47,514 bases of DNA. Source: a candidate division CPR3 bacterium 4484_211 (GTDB taxonomy: Bacteria > Patescibacteriota > 4484-211). Under the pieces are notes generated by a model. That model saw nothing but the letters and a program-made list of their open reading frames with translations. It was not told the origin of the DNA and made no database searches. The stretch spans positions 1 through 47,514 of the forward strand of contig MZGJ01000005.1 in NCBI GenBank assembly GCA_002084955.1, in the 5' to 3' direction. Of this stretch, positions 9,730 through 20,056 are shown one piece after another (the stretch's first letter is position 1; every line of letters starts with the position of its first letter). The position numbers and the translations under genes are program-made.

Positions 9730-10425
9730 ATGAAAAAGTATCGTTTAGAATTTCATCTGCACACAAATTATTCCTATGATGCGGTGATAACAATAGAAGA
9801 TCTGGTCAAGGCTCGAGATGAGGGGAAATTTGACATCGTCTGCATCACCGACCACGATACTGCAGAGGGAGCACTAGAGATAAAAGGCAAAAATTTATTT
9901 CCGGTTATTGCTGGGGAAGAGATAACAAGCGCCGATGGCCATCTTATCGGCCTTTTTTTAAAGGAGACTATTCCTCCAAACCTTCCTGCCGAGGAGACAA
10001 TAGCCCGCATAAAAGATCAGGGCGGATTGGTCTATTCCCCGCATCCTTTTGATTTTCGCAATTTAGGTTTGGGCAAAAAAATCTACTCGCTGGCTTCTCA
10101 AGTTGATATCATTGAAGCCTTTAATGGTGCCGGAGATTTTTTCTGCCGAAATCATAGAGCAAAAAAATTTGCCGATGATTATCATCTTCCCGGAGTGGCC
10201 GGCAGTGATGCTCACTTTCCTGATGAAATTGGTACCTGTACCACACTTGTGCAGGCCCAATGCATTGATGATATAATGACCCCAAAAGGCCTGCTTAGTT
10301 CGCTGGACGATTGTGATGTGGATGCCCAATACCACTCTATATTTAAACACGCCGTGGAGCAGGTAATTTTATCTATAAAAAATAGAGGCTGGCGCGTTGT
10401 TAAACAAGGTTTTCGATTTAAATGA
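9730..10425 (+). CDS. PHP-domain metal-dependent phosphoesterase
   Basis: HLHT, ITDHD, GEEI, HPF, GSDAH motifs. Confidence 0.9.
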   Translation: MKKYRLEFHLHTNYSYDAVITIEDLVKARDEGKFDIVCITDHDTAEGALEIKGKNLFPVIAGEEITSADGHLIGLFLKETIPPNLPAEETIARIKDQGGLVYSPHPFDFRNLGLGKKIYSLASQVDIIEAFNGAGDFFCRNHRAKKFADDYHLPGVAGSDAHFPDEIGTCTTLVQAQCIDDIMTPKGLLSSLDDCDVDAQYHSIFKHAVEQVILSIKNRGWRVVKQGFRFK

Positions 10426-11048
10426 ATTCACTGCCTATTTTAAAATGGGGTCTAAAATTGATGGGGGTGGTCTTGTGGGGCATTTCTTCGGTTTTTGTTT
10501 TGGGAGTGTCTTTTTTTATGCTCCTTAATTTTGCCCCCAATTCTTTAATTCCTTCTTTTGTAGAAAATAGTCTCAACTATTCTCTTTACAAGGCCCTGCC
10601 CAACCGCGGATCGGTTCTGGGTCACTTTGTTATTTCCCGTGATGCCAGAGGGGCTATTCTGCAAGAGTATCTAAAAGCCAGAAATTCTCCTCTTCTAAAC
10701 CATGCAGATGATTTCATTAGGGCGGCTGATCAATATCGGCTTCCCTGGACTTTACTGCCGGCCATTGCCGGTAAGGAATCCGGGTTTGGCAAATCTATAC
10801 CCAAGAATTCCTACAATCCTTTTGGCTGGGGAGTTTATACCGGTCAACAAACCGGTGTTAATTTTTCTTCCTGGAAAGAGGCCATTTTTAGTGTGGCCAA
10901 GGGGCTTAGAGAAAATTACTTTGACAAAGGACTGGACACGCCGGAAGAAATTGAGCCCTACTACACACCCCTCAGCCCGTCCAAGGGTCACCCTTGGCTT
11001 AATGATGTCTCCTATTTTATGCAAGAGATTGAAAACTGGCGGGAGTAG
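10422..11048 (+). CDS. Membrane-anchored lysozyme-like (glucosaminidase-type) protein
   Basis: N-terminal TM; LLPAIAGKESGFGK and YNPFGWG resemble the lysozyme-fold catalytic Glu region. Confidence 0.6.
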   Translation: MNSLPILKWGLKLMGVVLWGISSVFVLGVSFFMLLNFAPNSLIPSFVENSLNYSLYKALPNRGSVLGHFVISRDARGAILQEYLKARNSPLLNHADDFIRAADQYRLPWTLLPAIAGKESGFGKSIPKNSYNPFGWGVYTGQQTGVNFSSWKEAIFSVAKGLRENYFDKGLDTPEEIEPYYTPLSPSKGHPWLNDVSYFMQEIENWRE

Positions 11049-11060
11049 ACGTGTTAATCT

Positions 11061-11145
11061 TGGTGCCGAGGGGGGGATTTGAACCCCCATCCCTTGCGGG
11101 ACATGGTCCTAAGCCATGCGCGTCTACCAATTCCGCCACCTCGGC
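11061..11145 (-). tRNA. tRNA-Leu(TAG)
   Basis: GCCGAGGTGGCGGAATTGGTAGACGCG, CATGG-CT-TAG-GA-CCATG, variable arm, A-CCA. Confidence 0.95.
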
Positions 11146-11171
11146 AAGATTCATCTTTTCTATTTAGCTCT

Positions 11172-11199
11172 TTGACTAATTTTACCATTGTGTTAAAAT
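11172..11199 (+). promoter_or_regulatory. Putative promoter giving a leaderless transcript
   Basis: TTGACT, 16 nt, extended -10 TGtTAAAAT, then 6 nt to ATG 11206. Confidence 0.5.
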
Positions 11200-11205
11200 G
11201 CTTGC

Positions 11206-12192
11206 ATGACCAGGATCGAGAAACTTCTGGGAGCAACTGTTATCGCATTAGTGGCCCTGCTGGGCGGCTCCTTTTATACAGACGGATATAAAAGCATTAG
11301 ATCATACATCCCTCTGGTTGCCGACAGCCAAATATCTGCTCAAGAGGCCAAAACCAAAGTTCTTGATTACATTGTGGCCAATTTCCCTCTTACCAAAGAC
11401 CAGGTTAATGTTGATCATATCAGTAAAGAAGACGGACTATATAAACTGGATATCACGGCTCAGGGACAAAAGGTTGTCAGCTATCTTACTCCGGACGGGA
11501 GGATGTTTTTCCCTCAAGGGTATAGGGTAGATGAGGGGACGGTCGCCGGATCGCAGAGTACTCCTTCCCCGGCATCTCAAGAAATTCCCAAAACCGGCCA
11601 GCCCGATGTTAAGTTGTTCACCATGGCTTTTTGTCCCTATGGAAATATAGCCGAAAAGGCAATGGCCCCGGTGGCTAAGCTTTTGGCCAACCAGATAGAT
11701 ATTGCGCCGCACTATGTGGTTTACAGTAATTATCAAGGCGGAGGTCCAAAGTATTGCCTGGATGATGAAAGCCAATATTGCTCCATGCATGGCGTTAACG
11801 AACTAAAGGAGGACATTAGGGAGTTGTGCATTTATAAAAACAACCGTGATAAGTACTGGGACTTTGTCTCAAAGGTTAATGAAAACTGCCAAGTTTCCAA
11901 CATAGAAACCTGCTGGAGACCGATTGCCGAAAATTTAAACTTAAGCGCGAGCAAGATAGAAGATTGCCTTAATACAATGGGAATAGAGTTTAGCAGGCAG
12001 GAACAGGCATTAAATGAAAAGTATCGGGTAACGGGATCTCCGACATTAATTATTAACGGAGTAAGATATAAAGGTCAAAGAACTTCTGAAGATTACAAAA
12101 AGGCCATCTGTAATGCTTTCACCAATCCGCCGGAAGAGTGCCAAACCAAGTTAACTTCCGAAACCAACCCGTCCAGCGGTTCATGCCAATAG
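11206..12192 (+). CDS. Exported thioredoxin-fold protein (DsbA/DsbC/GILT-like)
   Basis: Signal/TM; DsbC-N-like YLTPDGRMFF; MAFCPYG (CxxG in place of CxxC); SMHG..E; cis-Pro GSPTLIING. Confidence 0.7.
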   Translation: MTRIEKLLGATVIALVALLGGSFYTDGYKSIRSYIPLVADSQISAQEAKTKVLDYIVANFPLTKDQVNVDHISKEDGLYKLDITAQGQKVVSYLTPDGRMFFPQGYRVDEGTVAGSQSTPSPASQEIPKTGQPDVKLFTMAFCPYGNIAEKAMAPVAKLLANQIDIAPHYVVYSNYQGGGPKYCLDDESQYCSMHGVNELKEDIRELCIYKNNRDKYWDFVSKVNENCQVSNIETCWRPIAENLNLSASKIEDCLNTMGIEFSRQEQALNEKYRVTGSPTLIINGVRYKGQRTSEDYKKAICNAFTNPPEECQTKLTSETNPSSGSCQ

Positions 12193-12644
12193 AAGATTTG
12201 CAAGAACAAGAAAAAACAAAAGCACCTCAGGACATTCCTAAAGCCGTTCTTCTTATTGAAGATGATATCTTTGTTAAGGATCTTTACGAAAGGACTCTCA
12301 CCAAGAGGGGATACAAGGTTATCGTCGCTGAGGATGGCGAGGAGGGAGTGAAAAAGGCCAATGAGAATGTGGAAGAGATTGGATTGGTTCTTTTAGATAT
12401 TATGATGCCCAAACTTAACGGAATTGAGGTTTTGCAAAAACTTATGTCTAACGAAAAGACTAAAAATCTTTATGTGGTTCTTTTAACCAATTTGGGACAG
12501 GAATCTATAATCAAGGAGGCTTTTAATATCGGCGCCAAGGGCTATATGCTTAAGGCAAGGCTGTTGCCAGCCCAAATTGCCGATAATATAGATGAGTTTT
12601 TCCGTACCGGCATCTTCCCTCTTCACGAGCCAAACGGTCTTTAA
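12183..12644 (+). CDS. Single-domain response regulator (CheY-like)
   Basis: LLIEDD, LLDIMMPKLNG, LTN, GAKGYMLK. Confidence 0.9.
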   Translation: MPIEDLQEQEKTKAPQDIPKAVLLIEDDIFVKDLYERTLTKRGYKVIVAEDGEEGVKKANENVEEIGLVLLDIMMPKLNGIEVLQKLMSNEKTKNLYVVLLTNLGQESIIKEAFNIGAKGYMLKARLLPAQIADNIDEFFRTGIFPLHEPNGL

Positions 12645-12686
12645 TTTCTGCTCCGTGAGCCAAGCCTCCACCAGAATAGCGGAGCT

Positions 12687-13250
12687 TTACTTTTTGACCA
12701 AGGGTTTTACTTCAGACAACAAGACGCTCTCCGACAAAAGTCCTTTCGGGTTGAAGAAAGCATCTAGTTCTTCGTCAATCTGCTGTTCAATTGTCCGGCG
12801 GTGATTGGTCACAACTTCATTAAAGGTATAATTGGCAATTACTGAGCGGATTCTAGATCGGGACACTGGCCGGACAATTTTGGAAACAAACCGGTCGCCA
12901 ACATTCTCCCACAATTCTGGAAGCATATTTTTATTAATTTTAAAAAGGATAGTACCTTCAACCACAACCAGTTTATTGTCGCGGGTCACAGCATTAATTG
13001 GCTCATCGCCAAAAACTTCCGGATTGGACAAATCTATAGTGTGGGAAATGTTATATTCCAAAGTTTGGGCGTTGAACAGCTTGGCTATCTGCCAGAAGGG
13101 GATTTTAAGATGCAGACCGGGTCCCCAAACTTTGGGCAAAATGCCCCGACCTCGGTCATAGACACAGGCTACATGCCCTGGAGGAACGGAAATAAAAAAA
13201 CCGCCGACAACTTCATCTACCAAAATAGAAACGACAAGTTTATCAAACAT
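12687..13250 (-). CDS. SPFH/prohibitin (band 7) domain protein
   Basis: VPPGHVAC..DRGRG...GPGLHLKIPF; ends at the SPFH core with no coiled tail. Confidence 0.8.
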   Translation of the reverse strand: MFDKLVVSILVDEVVGGFFISVPPGHVACVYDRGRGILPKVWGPGLHLKIPFWQIAKLFNAQTLEYNISHTIDLSNPEVFGDEPINAVTRDNKLVVVEGTILFKINKNMLPELWENVGDRFVSKIVRPVSRSRIRSVIANYTFNEVVTNHRRTIEQQIDEELDAFFNPKGLLSESVLLSEVKPLVKK

Positions 13251-13306
13251 AACAATCTAAATAGCAATTTTATAATTCAGCAGGCAGAGTCTGCTGAATA
13301 AACTAA

Positions 13307-13385
13307 TGGTGCCGCCAGGGGGATTTGAACCCCCGATCTTCAGGATGAAAACCTGATGTCCTAGACCAGACTAGACGATGGCGGC
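13307..13385 (-). tRNA. tRNA-Glu(TTC)
   Basis: GCCGCCATCGTCTAG...TCAGG-TT-TTC-AT-CCTGA...GGTTCAAATCC...A-CCA. Confidence 0.93.
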
Positions 13386-13403
13386 ATGGTAAAAGCGACA
13401 ACT

Positions 13404-14081
13404 TCAACGATTACCTTTCTGTGTAAGGGATTTTTTAATCGCCTCAAGTATTTCCGCTGCCAGATCTTTCCCTCCCAAACCAAAGGCCAATCCGCCAGCA
13501 ATGGCTATCATAGCCACCAGTCCGGTAAAGAGCGTATTAACCATCTGCTCGGCTATTTTCAGCTGGCTCAAGGCCGCCAAAATGCTAAAAGTAATCACCG
13601 TGTATTTAGACAGAGCAGCCAGAACATTGGCGGTAGATGAAGCCAGAGCCGCCGCTCCACTACGGACAAAGTCAGCTGTAAGGTCGGCAATGATTACTCC
13701 AAACATTACGATGACCACGGCGACAATAATATTGGGAATATAACCTAAAAGGCCTCTCATCATGACGGTAATCTGAGACAATCCCAATACTTCCACCGCG
13801 GGAGTTAAAAAGATAATGACCACTGTCCACTTTATTAGATCGGCAATCAGATCTACCGGGGTGACCGTACTGCCGAGATCCTGGAGTCTTCTGGTTAAAC
13901 CTACCTTATCGGCAAACGGCTCCAGTTGTATTACCTTAAGTATCTGTAAGGTCAGTTTCTTACAAATACCAGCCACCAGCCAGCCAATAAGAAAGATAAC
14001 CAGCATCCCTACCAGCCGCGGAGTAAAAGATATTACAGAATTAATTCCCTCATTAACGGCAATTATTACCTGATCAGTCAT
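13404..14081 (-). CDS. Conserved TM-helix repeat protein (CmpX/MscS-associated)
   Basis: PRLVG..IFLIGW, YIPNIIVA, GLAFGLGGKD. Confidence 0.8.
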   Translation of the reverse strand: MTDQVIIAVNEGINSVISFTPRLVGMLVIFLIGWLVAGICKKLTLQILKVIQLEPFADKVGLTRRLQDLGSTVTPVDLIADLIKWTVVIIFLTPAVEVLGLSQITVMMRGLLGYIPNIIVAVVIVMFGVIIADLTADFVRSGAAALASSTANVLAALSKYTVITFSILAALSQLKIAEQMVNTLFTGLVAMIAIAGGLAFGLGGKDLAAEILEAIKKSLTQKGNR

Positions 14082-14347
14082 TTCTTATCACCACCTTTCA
14101 GTTCTTTCAATTTCCACATGAATATTTTACCACGAGATCTTGCCTTTGGATAATCCAGAGTAAAATTAAGCGCTTCCTTTAATAAAACTCGATCTTCTTC
14201 CTTGGCCAGTTTAATGTAGAGTGCCTTATGCCTTAAATCACCCAAAGCCAAAGCTAACCGGTAACCAAAATCTTGAAATTCGTGCCTAATAAAACCTTTA
14301 CCTTGCTTGTTTTTTCTACTTTCAAGAATTGATTTGAGGTTTTTCAT
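14078..14347 (-). CDS. Small hypothetical protein
   Basis: Clean 89-aa ORF coupled by an ATGA overlap to the next gene; its 3' end supplies an AAGGTGG RBS. Confidence 0.75.
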   Translation of the reverse strand: MKNLKSILESRKNKQGKGFIRHEFQDFGYRLALALGDLRHKALYIKLAKEEDRVLLKEALNFTLDYPKARSRGKIFMWKLKELKGGDKK

Positions 14348-14499
14348 CTAAAAGCTAATTATGAGAGTTTTGCAGAATTTAGATTTAGCGTTATTTTTAG
14401 TAAACTCCAGGCACTGAATCTTAAATGTTAAATGTCAAAATTCAAAACCGCAAATTAAAACCCAAAATCTGATGGGATTTTAAATTTTAGATTCGGTAA

Positions 14500-14874
14500 T
14501 TAGAAACCTCCCACATTTTTAAACAATTCTATTTTAGACTGGCCTTCCTCCGAATTAAAGTGCACCGAGACGACATCTATTCGGTAAGCTTCGGGTAATC
14601 TTTTCTGGTGGTTACGGCTAAGAAATTGATAGGCGCTCTTCTTGAGTGTGCGCAATTTATGATTATCGACCGCTTCAAAAGGTTCCAGCATTTGGTCGCC
14701 GATGCGCGTTTTAACTTCAACAAAGGCCAGTGTGTCTCCGTCAATGGCAATCAAATCAATTTCTCCCCATCGGCGGGCGCGGTAATTTTTTTCGATGATC
14801 TGGTACCCATTCTTTTCAAGAAAATTCGAGGCTATCTTTTCACCAAGCTGACCAAGTGAGAGCGCAGAGGGCAT
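14500..14874 (-). CDS. yraN: YraN/UPF0102 family endonuclease-like protein
   Basis: G..GE..A..FL...GY.I...N, GEIDLIA, FVEVKTR, RIDVV; downstream of rplS as usual. Confidence 0.92.
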   Translation of the reverse strand: MPSALSLGQLGEKIASNFLEKNGYQIIEKNYRARRWGEIDLIAIDGDTLAFVEVKTRIGDQMLEPFEAVDNHKLRTLKKSAYQFLSRNHQKRLPEAYRIDVVSVHFNSEEGQSKIELFKNVGGF

Positions 14875-14954
14875 GAATTATCGTCAAGCTTGCCGCTGCT
14901 AAACTGGATAACCACCAGGTGGAAAGCCACACTGGCAAGGACATGGCTTTCGGC

Positions 14955-15266
14955 TCAAGATACCGCTCCTGTGGAGCGGAGTTTTACCTGCATGGCCGCT
15001 TTGCCCTTTCTTTGCCGAAGATAATAAAGTTTGCTTCGTCTAACCTTGCCTTTTTTTATTACCTTAACTTCAGCAATTAATGGGGAATGTAGAGGAAAAA
15101 TACGCTCCACTCCTACCCCGCCCTTGGCAATCTTTCTAACCATAAAAGTACGGGAGATACCCTTTCCCTTCATGGCAATAACCACTCCCTGAAAGGCTAC
15201 CAGCCGCTCTTTTTCGCCTTCCCTTACTTTTGTTTTTACTTGTACCGTATCGCCAACAGAAAACAT
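14955..15266 (-). CDS. rplS: 50S ribosomal protein L19
   Basis: GDTV.V, EGEKER...[27 protein letters not shown]. Confidence 0.97.
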   Translation of the reverse strand: MFSVGDTVQVKTKVREGEKERLVAFQGVVIAMKGKGISRTFMVRKIAKGGVGVERIFPLHSPLIAEVKVIKKGKVRRSKLYYLRQRKGKAAMQVKLRSTGAVS

Positions 15267-15317
15267 GACAAATTATTAGGGATCAATTAATCTCTTATTA
15301 CATTTCTAATTATCTTA

Positions 15318-17924
15318 CTATTTTGCCTTCCTAAAAGCAAGCTGACCCAGCTTTTTATCCAATTTGACCTTAATTTTATCTCCTTCCCGAAACTCTCCGG
15401 CGATAATTTTATCCGAAAGTTGATTTTCCAGCTCTCTCTGGATAGCCCGCCGCAAAGGCCTGGCCCCAAATTGGGGATCAAAGCCGACTTCAGACAAAAA
15501 TTCTTTGGCCTCCTTAGATACCTCTAAGCTAATTCCCTGTTCGGCCAGTCTTTTTTTGGTATCTTCCAAAAGAAGATCCACAATCTTAAGAATTTGATCC
15601 TTGGTTAAAGATTTAAAAATTACAAATTCGTCAATACGGTTTAAAAACTCCGGTCTAAACTTAGCTTTGAGCAGTTCCTCCATTTTTGTCTCCAGTTCTT
15701 CGGCAGCTATCTTAGATAAGTGCGCGTCCTGGATTAACTTACTGCCCAGATTAGAGGTCATGATGATAATCGTGTTTCTAAAATCCACCGTTCTTCCTTT
15801 TCCATCGGTCAACCGTCCATCTTCAAGAATTTGCAGAAGCAAATTAAAAACATCCGGGTGCGCTTTCTCGATTTCATCCAACAAAATAATAGAAAAAGGA
15901 TGGCGGCGGACTTTTTCTGTTAATTGACCGCCTTCCTCAAACCCCACATACCCGGGGGGCGAGCCAATTAAGCGGGCTACCGTATGTCTTTCCTGATATT
16001 CACTCATGTCTAATCTAATCATGGCCTCTTCAGAGCCGTACAAGGTATCGGCCAGAGCTCTGGTTAACTCCGTCTTGCCCACGCCGGTTGGTCCTAAAAA
16101 CATAAAAGACCCAATAGGACGCCGGCGGTCTTTTAGCCCGGCCCGCGCTCTCCTGATGGCTTCCGAAACAATCTTAACCGCTTCATCCTGACCGACAATC
16201 TTTAAATGAAGTCTTTCTTCAAGTTTGAGCAATTTTTCCCGCTCTTTCTCGGTTAATTTGGTCACCGGAATACCGGTTATTTTGGAAACAACTCGGGCAA
16301 TATCCTCCACCGTAACCTCTGGCTGTTCGGTACCTCGGCTTCTTTTCCAGATTTCTTCAATTTCTTCTTGTGACTCGGTAAGTTTTTGGATTTCCTGATC
16401 AATCTCCCTAACCCGCTTTTTTTCTTTAGCTCTTTCTGCCGCCTCTCTTTCCTGTTTTAGAGCCTTTATTTTTTCTCTAAGCTGCACCAAATTAACCGGC
16501 GGCTTAATAGCTCTCATTCTTACCTCGGCCGAGGCTTCATCTATCAAATCAATCGCTTTGTCGGGCAAAAAACGATCGGCGATATAGTTATCAGATAATT
16601 TGGCCGCCGCTTCTATCGCTTCATCGGTGATTTTTACGCGATGGTGAGCCTCGTAACGATCGCGAAGTCCTTTTAGAATTTCAATAGTCTGTTCTACAGT
16701 ATTTTCGGAGACAATAATTGGCTGGAAACGGCGTTCTAAAGCGGCATCTTTTTCCACATACTTTTTATATTCCCCCAAGGTAGTAGCTCCAATAGCCTGG
16801 AGTTCTCCCCGCGCCAGAGCAGGCTTTAGGATATTGGCTGCGTCAATAGCGCCCTCCGCCGCCCCAGCCCCGACCAAGGTATGCAGTTCATCAATAAAAA
16901 GAATAATCTTCCCTTTGGCGGCGATAATCTCGTCTAGGGCGGCTTTAAGTCTTTTTTCAAATTCACCGCGATACTTAGTCCCCGCCACCATGCCGGCCAG
17001 ATCTAAGGCAATAACCCTTTTGTCTTTAAGAAGATCGGGGACTTCGCCTTTGGCAATTCGCATGGCCAGTCCCTCGGCGATGGCTGTTTTCCCCACTCCG
17101 GGTTCACCAATAAGCACGGGATTATTTTTAGTTCTGCGGCAAAGGATATTAATTACCCGTTCAATTTCCTTTTGCCGGCCGATAACCGGATCCAGCTTAC
17201 CTTCATGTGCCAGACGAGTCAAATCCCGAGAAAACTGATCCAGGGTTGGAGTAGAGGAACTCTCGGCCGCTTTTTCCCCTTCCTTTAATCCTTCGCCGAC
17301 CAATTTGATGACCGCGGCTCTGGTTTTGGGGAGATCCAAGCCGAATTTTTTAAGTGTTTGCGCCGCCAATCCCTCCCCTTCGCGAATTAAGCCAAGCAAA
17401 AGATGTTCTGACCCCACATAATTGTGATTTAGTTGACGGGCTTCATCATAGGCCAGTTGGAGAACTCGCTTAGTTCGGGGAGAAACATCAGGAATTTCCA
17501 CCTCGGTTGCTCCCCTGGGAAGAATATTTTCCAAATACTTAGCAATTTCATTCGGTTTTATTCCCAATTCCTGAAAAACCCTGGTCACCACATCAGTCTC
17601 TTCGGTTAAAGCTAGGAGTAAATGTTCGGTATCCAAAGTCTGATGATTGAGTTCCACTGCTTTTTGTGCCGCATTTTGAATAACTTTTTTGGCGCGTTTG
17701 GACATTAGTTCCATCACATCTACTGACTCTTCGCGGGGAACTCGGCGGAAGGATCTGAAGGGACTATCCTCAAAAAAGTCTTTAAACGGAGAGCCAAAGG
17801 AACTCTGCTCTCTTTGTCTCTGAGCGCAAACATCACAAAGATTGGTAACCTTGCGCCCACGGGCGGTAATATCCACAATTTTAGTCGTTGCCGGTCTTTT
17901 TCCACAAACATCACACAACTCCAT
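15318..17924 (-). CDS. clpC: ATP-dependent Clp protease ATP-binding subunit (ClpC-like) with N-terminal CxxC...CxxC zinc ribbon
   Basis: Two Clp-N repeats (EHLLL), NBD1 [11 protein letters not shown]2 [23 protein letters not shown]. Start moved to MELCDVC. Confidence 0.9.
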   Translation of the reverse strand: MELCDVCGKRPATTKIVDITARGRKVTNLCDVCAQRQREQSSFGSPFKDFFEDSPFRSFRRVPREESVDVMELMSKRAKKVIQNAAQKAVELNHQTLDTEHLLLALTEETDVVTRVFQELGIKPNEIAKYLENILPRGATEVEIPDVSPRTKRVLQLAYDEARQLNHNYVGSEHLLLGLIREGEGLAAQTLKKFGLDLPKTRAAVIKLVGEGLKEGEKAAESSSTPTLDQFSRDLTRLAHEGKLDPVIGRQKEIERVINILCRRTKNNPVLIGEPGVGKTAIAEGLAMRIAKGEVPDLLKDKRVIALDLAGMVAGTKYRGEFEKRLKAALDEIIAAKGKIILFIDELHTLVGAGAAEGAIDAANILKPALARGELQAIGATTLGEYKKYVEKDAALERRFQPIIVSENTVEQTIEILKGLRDRYEAHHRVKITDEAIEAAAKLSDNYIADRFLPDKAIDLIDEASAEVRMRAIKPPVNLVQLREKIKALKQEREAAERAKEKKRVREIDQEIQKLTESQEEIEEIWKRSRGTEQPEVTVEDIARVVSKITGIPVTKLTEKEREKLLKLEERLHLKIVGQDEAVKIVSEAIRRARAGLKDRRRPIGSFMFLGPTGVGKTELTRALADTLYGSEEAMIRLDMSEYQERHTVARLIGSPPGYVGFEEGGQLTEKVRRHPFSIILLDEIEKAHPDVFNLLLQILEDGRLTDGKGRTVDFRNTIIIMTSNLGSKLIQDAHLSKIAAEELETKMEELLKAKFRPEFLNRIDEFVIFKSLTKDQILKIVDLLLEDTKKRLAEQGISLEVSKEAKEFLSEVGFDPQFGARPLRRAIQRELENQLSDKIIAGEFREGDKIKVKLDKKLGQLAFRKAK

Positions 17925-18147
17925 ATTAATGGCCGGTAACAGCAGAACTAATTCTGCGTCTACAAAAAATCCGAATTGAGGTTCGCTATTACCGGGCGTT
18001 GCTCTCTCTTCCATTCTAGCACCTAAGGTCAATCAACTCGACATCGGCCAACCCGGGCGAGACGGCGGCAGCACCGAAGAAGATGATAATACAGAAGGCA
18101 CATTGGTGGTTGCCAAAATTTTGAACAAAAAGGATGAAGCGCGCAAC

Positions 18148-19914
18148 TTAAGGCAAGTTTGCCGTCTCAATTTTCGTAAAAAGAGGATGAGATCTGGTAT
18201 CGGTATTAATTTGGCTCACAAGTTCATTTAGATAATTTACTTCATTCTGGAGAGACGGCCAAAGCTGGGGTGAACGAAGACCAAGCATTTTAAAGATCTC
18301 TTCGGAAGTTTTTGGCATCAGGGGCATTAACAAATAGGCTATTGAAATGATTAGCAGATAGAGTTGTTTAAGCGCCCAAAAATAATTTTCGGAATCGGAC
18401 TTCTTAATTTCCCAGACTTTGGCTGTGTCAAAGAACTTATTTCCGAAGGCGGATAGATTAATTATGACCTCCAAATAGTTGCGGAACTGGCAATTTTCCA
18501 GAAAATTTCTGGAGTTCTGAAAAGCCTTGTTAATTTCTTCTTCAATCTCTTTTTTTATCTGTTGATCTTTAATTAGATTAATATCTGCTCCCTTGGCAAT
18601 TGATAAAGAGCGGTGGACGAAATTGCCGATATTACCAATAAGAATAGAATTAACTTTTTCCTTGAAATCTTCCCAGTAAAAACTGGCTTGCTTATTTTCC
18701 GGCATGATATAGGTGAGATAAAAACGGACGATATCATTTCCGTATTTTTCCACGAACTCTTTTATGTCAATGGAAATGCCGCGGCTTTTGGAGAACTTTT
18801 GCCCGGCCAAATTTAAAAACTTATTGATGCAGATAACATCGGGCAGGTGAAGATTAGAATTATAAATCATTAGCTGGCCGGGCCAAAACAAGGTGTGAAA
18901 GACCAAATTATCCTGTCCCATAAAATAATAATGCTTTGAAACAGTACCCGGTACTTCATGAGGGCTTGGTTGCCACCAATCGGCCAATTGACCATTAAGA
19001 AGATCTGTCTCTTCCTCTTGACTTGGCACCTGCAGTTCTGCCTTTTTCTGATCTAAACCATATTCTTGCATTCTAGCCCAGAGTAGGGAAGCTGAATAAT
19101 ATCCAATGACGGCATCAAACCAAACATAAATGCGCTTGTTCTCTATATCTTTGATCAACTTATCTTTAGGTATCCGATTTACGGGCAGGGGGACGCCCCA
19201 GTCTAGATCACGGGTAATAGCGCGGGGTTTTAATCTTTCTTTAAGCCAGCCCCGAGTTTCTTGATAGATCCAATCTCGCCAATTCCTGCCGTATTCAGTA
19301 ACATAGTTTTCCAGTTTTGGCTGCATTCTAGACCAGTCTAAAAAATAGTGCTGGGTATCTCTAAGCTCCACCTTACTATCAGAGAGCTTACTAAGCGGAT
19401 TAATAACTTCCCCCTGCTCCAGAATTTTGTTGCAGCCTTCACAGTAGTCACTGCGAGCATCCTTAAATCCACAATGGGGACAAGTTCCCACGATATAACG
19501 GTCAGGTAGAAATTTCTTCTCTTTTTCCGAATAGTATTGCTGGGTGGTGTCAATAAAAATATAACCCGCTTCCAATAATTTTATGAAGAAATTTTGGACA
19601 ATTCTATGATGGTGGGGCGTGTCAGTTCGTGTGTAAAGATCATAGCTTAAGCCTAAAACATTCAAAAAGAGGTTAATATCTTTGGCATGGTATTCTTCTA
19701 CAATTTCTTGGGGCGACCTACCCCTTTTATCCGACTCAACGGTAATTGGGGTACCATGGCAATCTGAACCGGAAGCCATCAAAACATCGTTGCCACTTAA
19801 GCGGTGATACCGAGCGCAGATATCGGCCGGTAAAAGATAGCCAGCATAATGGCCAACATGCAGATTCCCATTAACATATGGCCAGGCTACCCCGATAAAA
19901 ATTTTCCTCTTCAT
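18148..19914 (-). CDS. metG: Methionyl-tRNA synthetase
   Basis: WPYVNGNLHVGH, CPHC zinc knuckle, YVWFDA, KFSKS; no C-terminal OB dimer domain. Confidence 0.95.
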   Translation of the reverse strand: MKRKIFIGVAWPYVNGNLHVGHYAGYLLPADICARYHRLSGNDVLMASGSDCHGTPITVESDKRGRSPQEIVEEYHAKDINLFLNVLGLSYDLYTRTDTPHHHRIVQNFFIKLLEAGYIFIDTTQQYYSEKEKKFLPDRYIVGTCPHCGFKDARSDYCEGCNKILEQGEVINPLSKLSDSKVELRDTQHYFLDWSRMQPKLENYVTEYGRNWRDWIYQETRGWLKERLKPRAITRDLDWGVPLPVNRIPKDKLIKDIENKRIYVWFDAVIGYYSASLLWARMQEYGLDQKKAELQVPSQEEETDLLNGQLADWWQPSPHEVPGTVSKHYYFMGQDNLVFHTLFWPGQLMIYNSNLHLPDVICINKFLNLAGQKFSKSRGISIDIKEFVEKYGNDIVRFYLTYIMPENKQASFYWEDFKEKVNSILIGNIGNFVHRSLSIAKGADINLIKDQQIKKEIEEEINKAFQNSRNFLENCQFRNYLEVIINLSAFGNKFFDTAKVWEIKKSDSENYFWALKQLYLLIISIAYLLMPLMPKTSEEIFKMLGLRSPQLWPSLQNEVNYLNELVSQINTDTRSHPLFTKIETANLP

Positions 19915-20056
19915 AATAGTCATCCTACCACAGGATTAGAGAATAGACAATTGAACCTGCCCTCCCGGCGTGGCTTTTCGGTTTATGGGTGATAAAAACA
20001 ACGAGGCGAAATACTAAGGAGATTTTAGATATTGCCTGTGCTAGAATACATCTATA

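Noticed and set aside
11054-11291. Short ORFs overlapping tRNAs (also 21074-21328 and 46624-47007)
   Set aside because: They overlap well-formed tRNA genes and have no protein motifs.
17925-18050. CIRCE/CtsR heat-shock operator, and N-terminal extension of ClpC to 18032
   Set aside because: Only a partial TAGCAC half-site with no matching arm; the extension has no Clp-like sequence and overlaps a likely promoter.
18050-18150. Possible plus-strand gene remnant (DGGSTEEDDNTEGTLVVAKIL)
   Set aside because: Short, no start codon and no recognisable motif.
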